Of a stretch of 64,000 nt of DNA, positions 8,912-19,104 are shown in pieces. The DNA lies in the NCBI GenBank assembly GCA_965219205.1, contig CBDCMQ010000007.1, positions 227,594 through 291,593 of the forward strand, given 5' to 3'. Under the pieces are notes generated by a model. It was not told the DNA's origin and ran no database searches. It saw nothing but the letters and a program-made list of their open reading frames with translations. The translations under genes were made by a program, and so were the position numbers. The stretch comes from Dehalococcoidia bacterium (GTDB lineage Bacteria > Chloroflexota > Dehalococcoidia > DSTF01 > WHTK01). Each line of letters begins with the position of its first letter. Within the stretch, counting starts at the first letter, position 1.

Positions 8912-9343
8912 ATGGCCGACGATGACCACAACCACGACGACGATGTCGGCCACCGGCACTTCTTTGGCGTTCTGCCTGTGTTCCTCGTCGATGACATCGT
9001 CCAAACCGTCGAATACTACCGTGACGTCCTGGGCTTCGAGGTCGACTTCCTGTACGGCACTCCGCCCGCCTACGCCAGCGTTTCGCGCGATGATGCGATC
9101 ATCAACTTCAGCCGTTCTGAACCGTCCGGTCGCCGCAATAGCATCACAAGCGCGGGAGCCGGTAACGGTACCGATGCTTACATCGTCGTCAGCGATGTGG
9201 ACGATGTTTTTGACGAAATCAAGTCTCATGGCGGCACAATCGTCACCAATATCGTCGCCCAGGAATACGGAATGCGTGAATTTCAGATCGAGGACTGCAA
9301 TCAATACCGTCTGGCTCTTGCCGAAGAAACCGACGAAATCTAA
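8912..9343 (+). CDS. VOC/glyoxalase/bleomycin-resistance family protein
   Basis: YYRDVLGF, YGMREFQIEDCNQYRL; GGGGAGG RBS. Confidence 0.88.
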   Translation: MADDDHNHDDDVGHRHFFGVLPVFLVDDIVQTVEYYRDVLGFEVDFLYGTPPAYASVSRDDAIINFSRSEPSGRRNSITSAGAGNGTDAYIVVSDVDDVFDEIKSHGGTIVTNIVAQEYGMREFQIEDCNQYRLALAEETDEI

Positions 9344-9369
9344 ACCGGTCTCGGGCAAACAAACAAACC

Positions 9370-9720
9370 ATGTGTGAGATTGAGCTGGTCGATCGTCAAT
9401 GCCAGGATTTGCCGGCTGGCACACCAGTGATGGATCCGGAAGCTGTGGAACAGCTCTTGCAGCGTGTCGATGGCTGGCAGGTGGGCGAGGGTGGCACTTC
9501 GATCAGACGAACTTACGTGTTCGCGGACTTCAGCTCGGCCATCCATTTCGTAAACCGGGTGGCGGATCTGGCGGAATCGGAACAGCACCACCCGGATATC
9601 CGGATTCACGCCTACCGCCGGGTTAGGTTGGAGTTTTCAACGTTCTCAATCCGCGGCTTATCCGAAAACGACTTCATCATGGCAGCGAAGACGAACCGCG
9701 TTTTGGCTGGACCATTTTAG
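9370..9720 (+). CDS. Pterin-4-alpha-carbinolamine dehydratase
   Basis: F..AIHFVNRVADLAESEQHHPDI, GLSENDFIMAAK. Confidence 0.9.
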   Translation: MCEIELVDRQCQDLPAGTPVMDPEAVEQLLQRVDGWQVGEGGTSIRRTYVFADFSSAIHFVNRVADLAESEQHHPDIRIHAYRRVRLEFSTFSIRGLSENDFIMAAKTNRVLAGPF

Positions 9721-9728
9721 ACACTGGG

Positions 9729-10955
9729 CTAAATCGCAGCGCCACCACCCGAGACAAGCGCCCGTCCGGTCAGACGATAGTAGTGTCGCTCCACTACCAA
9801 CATGTTGGCTTCAAGCCGGCCTTCGGTCCTAACCTTCGCCCGATTAGACTCAATTGCCGGTCGACGCAGTTGGGCGTCAGAAAGGGCGCGGCCCAACGCC
9901 GCGCTGAGACCAGCGACATCGCCTACTCGTACCCTCAATCCGTTTTCACCATCGCTGATGAACCCATCTTGGCTCGGCAGGTCACTTACTACTGGAAAGC
10001 AACCAGCCGCCATTGCTTCCATCGTGCTCACCGCTAAAGAATCCGAGGATGGCACGGAGACGTAGACGTGGGCCCGGGCCAGCGCGGCTTTGAGGTTCGG
10101 AGCATCCAGTGTGCCCAAGAACTGCACAGCGTCGCCTAGTTCAAGTTCGGACACCATCGATTCCAAAAGGGGGCGCTGACTGCCATCGTGGGCTAACAGC
10201 AGGCGCGCCTCCGGCAACCGCAACCGCAGCTGCGCGAACGCCCTCAGTATGAGATCGACGTTGTAAAGCGGCTCCATGGCTCGATTGCTAATGAGAGTTG
10301 GGGGCTGCTCGCTGGCGTCCGTGTCGTTTGCAGATACTGGCTCGGGCGCCAAGAAGAGATCGTCGACCCCCAATCGAACCAGCTGCACTCGTCCCGCTTT
10401 GACCCCCAGCGCCGAGGCCCGAGCCGCCAAAGCCGGATCGTTGGCGGTCACGAGGTCGGCTCTGCTCAGGGCCCACGCTGCAAGAAACCGGCCCAGGGGC
10501 TTAAAGGAATCCACCAGAAGATCTGATCCCCAGGTGCTTACCACGTACGGGTGAAACCCGCTCAAGGCGCCATAGAAGCCGTGCTCAACGGCGTAGTGGG
10601 CGTGGAAAATGTCCGGCGAAATTTCCCTCAGCTTCAGGCTCAATCCGGCGCGTAGATAGCGCAGGCCATGGGCCGGACGCTGCAGCGTCGGAGGTAGGCG
10701 AAGCGCCAAGGAACGAAAGCTCTCGATCGACTGGGAATTTTCCACGGAAGGTTTCAAGGTCGAAGGAGCGGCTCTGTCTTGTAGCGGGTGCACTGTTACG
10801 CCGGGCATTTTCGCCTGGGGCTGGTAGTAAGAAATCGCGTGAACATCGTGGCCGCGCTCGACAAACACTTGCAGCCAACGTCTCGCATGCGAGCCTTCGA
10901 AGTCGGCCAAGAAAGCAATCCTAAGAGGCGCACCGGGTAGCTCAGCCTGGTTCAT
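9729..10955 (-). CDS. Glycosyltransferase family 4
   Basis: DIFHAH, WGSDLL, EAMAAGCFPVVSD. Confidence 0.88.
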   Translation of the reverse strand: MNQAELPGAPLRIAFLADFEGSHARRWLQVFVERGHDVHAISYYQPQAKMPGVTVHPLQDRAAPSTLKPSVENSQSIESFRSLALRLPPTLQRPAHGLRYLRAGLSLKLREISPDIFHAHYAVEHGFYGALSGFHPYVVSTWGSDLLVDSFKPLGRFLAAWALSRADLVTANDPALAARASALGVKAGRVQLVRLGVDDLFLAPEPVSANDTDASEQPPTLISNRAMEPLYNVDLILRAFAQLRLRLPEARLLLAHDGSQRPLLESMVSELELGDAVQFLGTLDAPNLKAALARAHVYVSVPSSDSLAVSTMEAMAAGCFPVVSDLPSQDGFISDGENGLRVRVGDVAGLSAALGRALSDAQLRRPAIESNRAKVRTEGRLEANMLVVERHYYRLTGRALVSGGGAAI

Positions 10956-12328
10956 AGGCGGCCACCACCGCGAAATCGGTTCGAGACTAAAGGCAGGCCC
11001 CTTGCCATATCGATCAATGCCCTCTTGGCTATCCCGGCGTCTGCAGCTTGCGGAATCAGCGCTTCAATCAACGAGCCACCGGACAGCCGGCGGTAGGCTA
11101 CCACGGTCAAACCGAGACTGACTCCATATGCGAGGCTGGACGCCGCTGCCGCCCCAGGCACTTCGAATACTGGTATTAAGACAAGGTCAGCACCTATTGC
11201 GACGATCAACGTCGCCAGAGCAATCCAGGCATTGATCATCGGTTTTCCTCGACTGAATATATAGGCGGCAAGGACCTTGCTACCCGCGAGGGCAATAGTG
11301 CCGGGCAACAGCCAAAGAAAGGGCAAGACGGCGTCGTCAAAAGCCTCTCCGAAAATTGCTGGAATGACAAACGGTGAAACGGCCGCCGCGGCTAATGAGG
11401 CTACCGCAGTCACAAGCAGCGTGCCTCTGCAAATTAAGGGGGTCATGCGCTGCGCGTACTCTTCACCGCCAGCCGTCAGGTTTGTCAGCAGAACGATTGT
11501 TACCGAGTTGGCGATGAACCAAAGACCTTCACTAAGTGAAACACCGGTCGCGTACAGTCCTACAGCGCTGGCGTTGACAAACAACAGGACAAGATAGGAG
11601 TCCAGCCGCAAATTCAAGAGCTGAATCAGATTTCCCGCCTGAGCCTGGAGGCCAAAGCGCACCACCGGCGCCAATCGGCGCGGTGTCGCCAGGCGACGAG
11701 GCCACGATTGTGATCCGGCAAGGATGTAACCGAAGGCAACCGGCGGCAGAAATGCAAGACTCCAGGCGGAAATGGCGTTGGATATCGTTAGGTTTTCGAG
11801 AACCTCGACGGCACCAAGCGCCACCAGCACGGAGAGCGGCAGTGAAACCTCGAGCAGGTTCATTGCGCCAAAGCGGCCTTGAGCCCGCAATACTCCCTCC
11901 AAGATCCGGAACTGGATCACCGCGGGCACAGCCACCAGAAGGAGCCAGAAAGGAATATTTTCCCTATCCAACTGGTCGGTGAAAAAAAGTGCCGCGATCA
12001 GCACGCCGGCGCCGGTTAGGACGAGCCCGAGAAACGTGACACTGAGCCCGGCTTCCAGCGCCTGCGGCCCGCTAATTTCACGCCGTCCGACTAGAAAAAC
12101 AACGGCGGTGCCAATTCCGAAACTGAAAAATGCAAAGCCCAGGCTGACCGCGGCTTGATAAAGCGCGGTCAGCCCGCGTCCCTCGGTTCCTAATTCACGC
12201 GAGACTAATACAATCACGAGGAAACCCAGACCGTAAGCGACCACAGTGCTCAGGAAAACCAGGTTTACATTGAGAAGAAATCCGCCACCCACACCGCCGG
12301 GCGTGGGGTTTTGATCTGGGCTAGACAT
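10952..12328 (-). CDS. Wzx-like polysaccharide flippase
   Basis: Many TM segments, LNLRLD..LV...AVGLY, GAAAASSLAY; lies between two GTs. Confidence 0.82.
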   Translation of the reverse strand: MSSPDQNPTPGGVGGGFLLNVNLVFLSTVVAYGLGFLVIVLVSRELGTEGRGLTALYQAAVSLGFAFFSFGIGTAVVFLVGRREISGPQALEAGLSVTFLGLVLTGAGVLIAALFFTDQLDRENIPFWLLLVAVPAVIQFRILEGVLRAQGRFGAMNLLEVSLPLSVLVALGAVEVLENLTISNAISAWSLAFLPPVAFGYILAGSQSWPRRLATPRRLAPVVRFGLQAQAGNLIQLLNLRLDSYLVLLFVNASAVGLYATGVSLSEGLWFIANSVTIVLLTNLTAGGEEYAQRMTPLICRGTLLVTAVASLAAAAVSPFVIPAIFGEAFDDAVLPFLWLLPGTIALAGSKVLAAYIFSRGKPMINAWIALATLIVAIGADLVLIPVFEVPGAAAASSLAYGVSLGLTVVAYRRLSGGSLIEALIPQAADAGIAKRALIDMARGLPLVSNRFRGGGRL

Positions 12329-13595
12329 CAACTGAGCCGGCTGCATGCTGGGCGGCGAGCATCTCTTCGAGAGCCTCGCCTTCGGCCTCGATGCGCTCTC
12401 GCCAGCTCCAGAAATTGAGATTCGCGAACTTTAAGGCAGCCTCACTAAGCCTGGTCCGCCGATCTGCGTCGGCGGCGAGTTCCGCTAGAGATTTAGCGAT
12501 CGCCCGCGGGTCACCCGTAGGCAGCAGAACGCCGGTCTCATCGTTGAGGATCAGGTCCCGTGTATCACCAACATCCAATGTCAGAATGCAGCTGCCGCAG
12601 CGCATCGCCTCAAGCAGCGGGTTACCGACATTGGAAAGTTCATTTAGCGAAAGGAAGACATCGGCAGCCCAGAGATACTGCTGAACTTCTTCGTGCGGGA
12701 CTGCTCCAACGAATTTGACCTGGCTTTCGATATTGAGTGCCCGCGCCTGGAGCTCAAGGTTTACTCGCTCCTCTCCGTCTCCAACCGCCAAAAGGCGAGT
12801 ATTGAGGCCGCGTTGCAGCAAAATGGCGACCGCGTCTAAAGCTCGGTCGATGCGCTTCCAGCGCACCAGTCTCACCGCGGTTACCAGGACAAGATCGTCT
12901 CGGGGCAATCCGAGTCGAGCTCGGGCAGCTTCGGTCTCCTCGTCGCTCGCCGCGCGTAGCTCGTCCAAATCCAACCCATTGCGCCAAAACCTGACTTTCC
13001 CACGTGATCTTGGGTTGAGCCGCTCCAAAACCTGATCGCCCTCGGTGCCGTCGTTAGTCATTATGTACAGTTCTGCGGGCGCCCGCAGAGCCATGACTTC
13101 TTCGTACCTTCGAAGCAGACTTAGGCGACGCTCTAGAAAGCGACGCATGATCGTTCCCTGAAACCGCGCCACAAAAGGCCACCGGTGGCGTTCAAGCCGC
13201 GATGCGGCCAAGACGCCGTGGACCTCGTAGCCATACAAGAGGTCAAACTGCTGCTGGCTCGTCAATTGTCTGGCCTGGCGCGAAGCGAAAATCGGAAACA
13301 GGACGGCGAAAGCCAGCTTCTGCCCAAGCCTACGCAACGAAGCTGGCAGAGGCAGCCGCGTTGAAGCCGGGGCCGGCGAGTTAAACAAGTGATAGCGCAC
13401 GCCCGGAATCGGTGGTGGTGGTTGGAATGGCTGGCCAAACTGATGATTGGCACCAATCCTAGGGCCGACAAAATCGATGCTATGGCCGCGGCCGGCTAAG
13501 CCCTCCAGCGTCTTAAACAGCGAGGGTGCGCCACCTTGCCCGGAAAGGGCCCATACCTCGAGGCCGCTAATCATCAAAATGCGGATTTGAGCCAT
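12321..13595 (-). CDS. Glycosyltransferase family 4
   Basis: RLVRWKRID, VGDGEER, GNPLLEAMRCG. Confidence 0.88.
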   Translation of the reverse strand: MAQIRILMISGLEVWALSGQGGAPSLFKTLEGLAGRGHSIDFVGPRIGANHQFGQPFQPPPPIPGVRYHLFNSPAPASTRLPLPASLRRLGQKLAFAVLFPIFASRQARQLTSQQQFDLLYGYEVHGVLAASRLERHRWPFVARFQGTIMRRFLERRLSLLRRYEEVMALRAPAELYIMTNDGTEGDQVLERLNPRSRGKVRFWRNGLDLDELRAASDEETEAARARLGLPRDDLVLVTAVRLVRWKRIDRALDAVAILLQRGLNTRLLAVGDGEERVNLELQARALNIESQVKFVGAVPHEEVQQYLWAADVFLSLNELSNVGNPLLEAMRCGSCILTLDVGDTRDLILNDETGVLLPTGDPRAIAKSLAELAADADRRTRLSEAALKFANLNFWSWRERIEAEGEALEEMLAAQHAAGSVDV

Positions 13596-13684
13596 ATTTT
13601 CGAACTGCCTTACAGGCGCTATATACGCACGGCGTAACTTGAAGCATTGAGACTGGAATTCGTATCATACAAAGTCGGCAAGTT

Positions 13685-13761
13685 CGGGGTGTAGCTCAGC
13701 CAGGTAGAGCGCACGGTTCGGGACCGTGAGGCCGGCAGTTCAAATCTGCCCACCCCGACCA
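13685..13761 (+). tRNA. tRNA-Pro(CGG)
   Basis: CGGGGTG/CACCCCG acceptor, CACGG-TTCGGGA-CCGTG anticodon arm, GTTCAAATC, ACCA end. Confidence 0.96.
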
Positions 13762-13828
13762 ATCAGTCTGGGGAGCTTTCACCCGTCATCCGTATCGTGT
13801 TCCGAATTTAACTGAGGTGTCCAGACCC

Positions 13829-14680
13829 ATGGAAATGAATTCACAAGCTCGACGGGAAGAGGCGGCCCGCCTCAAGCGTCAGAGCGCCGATCAGGCGATC
13901 CAGTTGGCCCTTGAAGGAAAATGGGAGGAAGCAGTTACTCTCAATCGCTCTATGCTGACGACCCACCCGGCGGACGTGGACGCATGGAACCGCCAGGGCA
14001 AAGCCCTAAATGAACTCGGTCGCTACCGGGAAGCATACGAAGCCTATGGCAAATCCATTGATCTTGATCCGATCAACACGATAGCCAAGCGAAATCTTGA
14101 GCGTCTGTCAGCTCTTCAGGAAGTAGATCAGGCTGAAGGTATCGAGGGTTCGACAAAGGTTGCCCAAGACCTCTTTATAGAGGAAGTCGGCAAGTCCGGA
14201 GTCACAACCATAGAAGGAATGTCGCGGGAGACGCTTGCAGCCGTTACCGCGGGCGATGAAGTCTATCTAACACCAGCGGAGAGCCTGATCAACGTGGATA
14301 ACGCCCAGGGAGAGACAATCGGTACTGTAGAACCAAAGCTTGGTCTAAGGCTTCTACGCTTGATTGAAGGTGGCAACGGCTATGCGGCTGCCGTTAAGAG
14401 TGTTGCCGAAAACGACGCGGAGTTGATCATTAAGGAAACCTACAAGGATCCGAGCCAAACCCGGCTCTCCTTTCCAGCCGGGGGTCGCGAGGGTGTCAGG
14501 GCCTACAACAAGGAATCCCTGGCTCGCGTCTCTGATGATGACGATGACGAAATCATAGAGTCGGAGCCGGAGAACGAGGACTGGGACAGCGAAACCGAAG
14601 ATCCGGACGCGGCGAAGGCCTCTGCCCCGGTCGCGAATGTGATCGAGCCCGACGACAATGACGAGGATCCCGACGACTAG
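13829..14680 (+). CDS. Tetratricopeptide repeat protein with HIRAN-like middle domain and acidic tail
   Basis: TPR AWNRQGKALNELGRYREAYEAYGKSIDLDP; D/E-rich C-terminus. Confidence 0.78.
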   Translation: MEMNSQARREEAARLKRQSADQAIQLALEGKWEEAVTLNRSMLTTHPADVDAWNRQGKALNELGRYREAYEAYGKSIDLDPINTIAKRNLERLSALQEVDQAEGIEGSTKVAQDLFIEEVGKSGVTTIEGMSRETLAAVTAGDEVYLTPAESLINVDNAQGETIGTVEPKLGLRLLRLIEGGNGYAAAVKSVAENDAELIIKETYKDPSQTRLSFPAGGREGVRAYNKESLARVSDDDDDEIIESEPENEDWDSETEDPDAAKASAPVANVIEPDDNDEDPDD

Positions 14681-15371
14681 TGATCTGGGTTCGCTGCCGC
14701 GTATAGGTGTCTCCGGTTGGGATGCCATCGGCGGAGAGCGAAGCCAACTTTACTGCGATCGTGTGGTCGAAGCCGGCCTCGAGCCCGTGCTGCTGAGCAA
14801 GCCCGGCCAGAGCATGGATGAGTGTGCCGGCCTGATTCTGATCGGCGGCGTGGATGTTGATCCCTCTCTGTACGGTGAGGAACGCGGCCCTCACACTCAG
14901 GAGCCTGACCCGGGCCGGGATGCGTTTGAATCAGTGCTCCTGGCAGAAGCCATGGATCGCGACATTCCGACGCTGGCAATTTGCCGCGGCTTTCAGATCC
15001 TCAACGTACGCCTGGGAGGAGGCCTTCTCCAGCATGTTGAGGGATGGGGCCATGCGACCAAGCGTGATGAGGCAAGAAGTTCTAGTGACCATCAAGTCAG
15101 ATTTAGCGGCGTCCTCAGCGAAATTCTCGGCGCCACCGAGTCGGTGGTAAATTCCCGCCACCATCAAGGAGTAACCAACGATCGTCTTGCACCAGGGCTT
15201 GAGACGTTGGCGGTCTCCAGCGATGGCCTGGTTGAAGCGGCGCGCGAGAAAAATCAGCGTTGGTTGATCGGCGTTCAGTGGCACCCCGAAAGGTCCGAGT
15301 CGCGTCTGCGGGGCTTCGATACCCAGAGCCGCCGCCTGTTCGAATCCTTCGCCCAAGCCGCCGCGGTTTAA
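14658..15371 (+). CDS. Gamma-glutamyl-gamma-aminobutyrate hydrolase family (peptidase C26)
   Basis: GGVDVDPSLYG, AICRGFQ, VNSRHHQG, GVQWHPE; start uncertain. Confidence 0.88.
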   Translation: MTRIPTTSDLGSLPRIGVSGWDAIGGERSQLYCDRVVEAGLEPVLLSKPGQSMDECAGLILIGGVDVDPSLYGEERGPHTQEPDPGRDAFESVLLAEAMDRDIPTLAICRGFQILNVRLGGGLLQHVEGWGHATKRDEARSSSDHQVRFSGVLSEILGATESVVNSRHHQGVTNDRLAPGLETLAVSSDGLVEAAREKNQRWLIGVQWHPERSESRLRGFDTQSRRLFESFAQAAAV

Positions 15372-15510
15372 CTTCACAAGCGCCGAGATTTACGGCATCG
15401 CCGAGTCACTTTCCGAGCTCGAAATCGGGTCGGTATGGTATCATTGGTTAAGCAATTAACGCCCTCCACAGCCATCGCCTCCGGGCGGGGGCGCCCCCTG
15501 AGAGCAGTCC

Positions 15511-18069
15511 ATGACCACCTCCCCCATAGACGCCGGCAGCATCCGCCCGACGCGAATCGAAGAAGAGATGCGCACCGCGTACCTGGACTACGCGATGAGC
15601 GTCAACGTTTCCCGCGCCATCCCCGACGTCAGAGACGGACTTAAGCCCGTCCAGCGCCGCATCCTCTACGGTATGTCGGAGCTGAATCTTGCGGCCGGAA
15701 ACCCTTACAAGAAAAGTGCCAGCGTTATCGGAGAAGTCATGGGGAAATATCATCCCCATGGCGACGCGCCGATTTACGAAGCCCTAGTCCGCATGGCCCA
15801 AGAGTTTGCACTTCGCAATCCATTGGTGGACGGCCAAGGAAATTTTGGCAGCATCGACAATGACCCACCCGCCGCCATGCGCTATACCGAGGCCCGGCTT
15901 ACCGCGATAGCAAGCGAGATCCTCGCTGACCTGGAAAAGAATACCGTCGACTTTCAGCCAACATTCGACGACAGTCGCGAAGAACCCACTGTCCTGCCCG
16001 CACGAGTGCCAAACCTGCTGATCAACGGCGCTTCCGGAATCGGCGTGAGCTTGGCGACTAACATCCCACCCCACAACTTGGGCGAAGTCTGCGACGCAAT
16101 TATGTTGCTAATCGACGCACCCGAGAGCACAACTGACGAGCTTACGGAAATCGTCAGGGGGCCAGACTTCCCTACCGGCGGCATCATTTTCGGGCGCCAG
16201 GCGATCAGGCAAGCCTACAGCGATGGCCGTGGCCGCATCATTGTCAGAGCGAAGGCCCATGTCGAAGAATCGCCAAATGGCCGGGCTCAGATCATCGTCA
16301 CGGAGCTGCCGTTTCAGGTAAACAAGGCCGCCTTGGTCAGTCGCATAGCTGAGCTCGTAAAGGCACGCAAAATCGACGGAATTAGCGATCTTCGTGATGA
16401 GTCTGACCGCCAGGGTATGCGGATTGTCCTGGAGCTCGGGCGCGGCGGCCAGGCGCGGCCGGTTCTTAACGCCCTCTATAAGCACACCTCGATGCAGACA
16501 ACTTTCGCAGTTAACCTGCTCGCATTGGTCGACCGTGAACCCCGTACGATTCGCCTCAAATCGGCGCTAGAACACTTTATCGATTTCCGCCGCGAGGTAA
16601 TCCGCCGACGCAGCGAATTTGACCTAGCCAAAGCTAGAGAACGCGCTCACATTCTCGAGGGACTCCTAAAGGCCCTCGAAAACATGGATGCGATTATCAG
16701 CGCTATTCGCGAATCTGACTCCGCGGACGCGGCACGCACCCGATTGCAAGAAGCTCCCTTTGATTTGAGCGAACGCCAAGCGCAAGCGGTCCTCGATATG
16801 CAACTGCGCCGGCTCGCAGCGCTAGAGCGGCAAAAGATTGAAACCGAGTACGAGGAGCTGATTCAGCTGATAAGCGAACTCGAAGATCTGCTTGCGAACC
16901 GCCAAAAGGTTGACTTCCTAATCAAGTCCGAGTCGCAAGAAGTCAAGGAGAAGTACGGCAACGAGCGTCGTACCCAAATCATTGAGCAGGAAGTTGAAGA
17001 CTTCAGCGAGGAAGATCTTATTCCTCACCAGGAGACGGTAATTACCTTGACTCAAAAGGGTTACATAAAGCGGCTGCCCCTGGAAACATATCGGCCTCAG
17101 CGCCGCGGCGGCCGTGGAGTCAGCGGCATGGGTGTTCGCGAAGCAGATGGCATCCATCGACTCTTGATAGCGGACACTCACGACAGCGTCCTCTTCTTTA
17201 CCGATCGGGGGCGTGTGTTTCAACTTCCCGTGCACGAAATTCCTGACTCGTCAAGAACCGCCAGGGGAACGCCGATTGTTAACCTCATCGAGGTAGATGA
17301 AAAAGAAATCATCACCGCGGTTGTCACCACGACAACGTTTGACCAGGACTTCATGCTCCTGGCCACCCGAAAAGGTGAAGTCAAGAAAACGCCTTTGCGC
17401 GAATTCGCAACCGTCCGCCGCGCAGGACTAATCGCGATGGGCCTTGAGAAAGAAGACGAGCTAGTTTTTGCCCATCTCGCCCGGGACGAGGACGATACGG
17501 TACTCGTCGCCTCGCATGGCAAGGCGATCCGGTTCTCGGTTGAGACCCTGCGCTCTGCCTCACGCTCCAGCGGAGGCGTGCGCGGCATGCGACTCACCGC
17601 CGCCGGTGACGAAGTAGTGGCAATGGAGATCGTTGTTCCTGATGCCATGCTTCTGACCATTTCTGAGACTGGCCTGGGCAAAAGAACCTCTTTTGACGAG
17701 TACCCGCGGCACTCTCGAGGTGGTCAGGGTGTGGCCACGCACAACGTCACGGACCGGACCGGCCGTGTGGTTGCCGCCCGCGCCGTAACAGAGGATGAGG
17801 ACGTGATGACTATCTCCGAAAGCGGCATCGTTATGCGGACCTCCGTCCAGAGCATCGCCAAGGTGGGACGCTCAGCCCAGGGGGTTCATGTAATGAACGT
17901 TGGCGATGGCGATCGTGTAGCGTCGGTGGCGATAATTGATCTATCAAAACAGCCGCCGGGTGCGGATGATGAAATTGAAGAGGGCAACGGTAACACCGCT
18001 CCAACCCAAACGACTGATGGCCCGCCGGCTAAGGGTGGGAGCAACGGTCGCAAGGGACGGCGCCGCTAG
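15511..18069 (+). CDS. gyrA: DNA gyrase subunit A
   Basis: [22 protein letters not shown] (catalytic Tyr), GyrA box QRRGGRG, C-terminal pinwheel repeats. Confidence 0.98.
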   Translation: MTTSPIDAGSIRPTRIEEEMRTAYLDYAMSVNVSRAIPDVRDGLKPVQRRILYGMSELNLAAGNPYKKSASVIGEVMGKYHPHGDAPIYEALVRMAQEFALRNPLVDGQGNFGSIDNDPPAAMRYTEARLTAIASEILADLEKNTVDFQPTFDDSREEPTVLPARVPNLLINGASGIGVSLATNIPPHNLGEVCDAIMLLIDAPESTTDELTEIVRGPDFPTGGIIFGRQAIRQAYSDGRGRIIVRAKAHVEESPNGRAQIIVTELPFQVNKAALVSRIAELVKARKIDGISDLRDESDRQGMRIVLELGRGGQARPVLNALYKHTSMQTTFAVNLLALVDREPRTIRLKSALEHFIDFRREVIRRRSEFDLAKARERAHILEGLLKALENMDAIISAIRESDSADAARTRLQEAPFDLSERQAQAVLDMQLRRLAALERQKIETEYEELIQLISELEDLLANRQKVDFLIKSESQEVKEKYGNERRTQIIEQEVEDFSEEDLIPHQETVITLTQKGYIKRLPLETYRPQRRGGRGVSGMGVREADGIHRLLIADTHDSVLFFTDRGRVFQLPVHEIPDSSRTARGTPIVNLIEVDEKEIITAVVTTTTFDQDFMLLATRKGEVKKTPLREFATVRRAGLIAMGLEKEDELVFAHLARDEDDTVLVASHGKAIRFSVETLRSASRSSGGVRGMRLTAAGDEVVAMEIVVPDAMLLTISETGLGKRTSFDEYPRHSRGGQGVATHNVTDRTGRVVAARAVTEDEDVMTISESGIVMRTSVQSIAKVGRSAQGVHVMNVGDGDRVASVAIIDLSKQPPGADDEIEEGNGNTAPTQTTDGPPAKGGSNGRKGRRR

Positions 18070-18149
18070 CCACACGGGTTCAGCCCGGATTGACACTGCT
18101 CAGACCCCGTTCCTAGAATCAATCTGTCCAAAGGGCCGAAGGAGTCGTT

Positions 18150-18356
18150 ATGCGCAAAGAAATGATGGATATTCTCGCCTGCCCAGTTTGCAAAGGGCCG
18201 CTGACCTTGGCCGCAACCAAGGAGGATGGCGACGAGGTAATCGAAGGTTCGCTGCACTGCGCGAAATGCGATGAGACGTACCCAATCAGGGACTCCATCC
18301 CGAATCTTTTGCCGCCCGACTTGCGCGAAGCGATGGAGAGCGGCAGCACTTCGTGA
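18150..18356 (+). CDS. Trm112 family protein
   Basis: DILACPVCKGPL...CAKC..YPIRDSIPNLL; AAGGAG RBS. Confidence 0.9.
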   Translation: MRKEMMDILACPVCKGPLTLAATKEDGDEVIEGSLHCAKCDETYPIRDSIPNLLPPDLREAMESGSTS

Positions 18357-18577
18357 ACCGAGCGCAAACCACTGGCATCATCCTTATGGTTGGTGCCGCG
18401 CTGCAAATGTTTCTTTTCCTGATCGGCATCAGACGACGCAGCTACGCTGCTCTTGCTCTCCCGGTTATGGCAGCAATGACAACGCTTACGGCTCTGACCT
18501 TTTGGCTCGGCTTTACTATGCTGCGGTTAGAAGATGAGGATCCAGAAGTAGCGCCTAATAGGTCACCTGATGCTTGA
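18353..18577 (+). CDS. Small two-TM membrane protein
   Basis: GTGA overlap with upstream gene; two hydrophobic segments. Confidence 0.65.
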   Translation: MNRAQTTGIILMVGAALQMFLFLIGIRRRSYAALALPVMAAMTTLTALTFWLGFTMLRLEDEDPEVAPNRSPDA

Positions 18578-18588
18578 CGGCACGCCGG

Positions 18589-19104
18589 CTAGGATTCTTG
18601 TGCCTCGTCATACACCGGCCAATCTGATCCGGCGATTTGTCGCAGGCCACCGGTCTTGAGCTGACTCAAGAGCGTTGCCAGGGGCTCAGCAGTTGACGGA
18701 GATACCAGATCCGGCTCCAAATCCAGCAACGGCTGCAAGACGAAGGCGCGCTCGCGCAGACGTGGGTGTGGCAACGTGAGCTCGCTGGTTTCTATAATCG
18801 CATCGTTGTAGATCACGATGTCAAGGTCGATTGGTCGAGGTATCCAGTGCTCCTGGGAGTGACGGCCGATTGCCTTCTCGATTCGTTTCAAGTGGCGTAA
18901 CAAGAGATCTGGCGGCAGACCCGTGGTCACGCGGCAAGCAGCATTTAGGTAGTCGGGCGGCGGCGCCGGTTGCTGGGGCGGCGACTCATAAAGCGGCGAG
19001 AGCGCCTCGACTCGCACCAGAGGCTCCAGCATGCGCAGAGATAGCGCCAAGTTGGCCTGACGATTTCCCAGGTTTGACCCGATTGCCAGGTAAATACCGG
19101 ACAT
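18589..19104 (-). CDS. folK: 2-amino-4-hydroxy-6-hydroxymethyldihydropteridine diphosphokinase
   Basis: YLAIGSNLG, PRPIDLDI, LPHPRLRERAFVL. Confidence 0.96.
   Translation of the reverse strand: MSGIYLAIGSNLGNRQANLALSLRMLEPLVRVEALSPLYESPPQQPAPPPDYLNAACRVTTGLPPDLLLRHLKRIEKAIGRHSQEHWIPRPIDLDIVIYNDAIIETSELTLPHPRLRERAFVLQPLLDLEPDLVSPSTAEPLATLLSQLKTGGLRQIAGSDWPVYDEAQES

Noticed and set aside
8792-9424. 210-aa N-terminal extension of the SQR-like ORF in the track
   Set aside because: Antisense to the VOC gene; the real Rossmann start with RBS is at 8791
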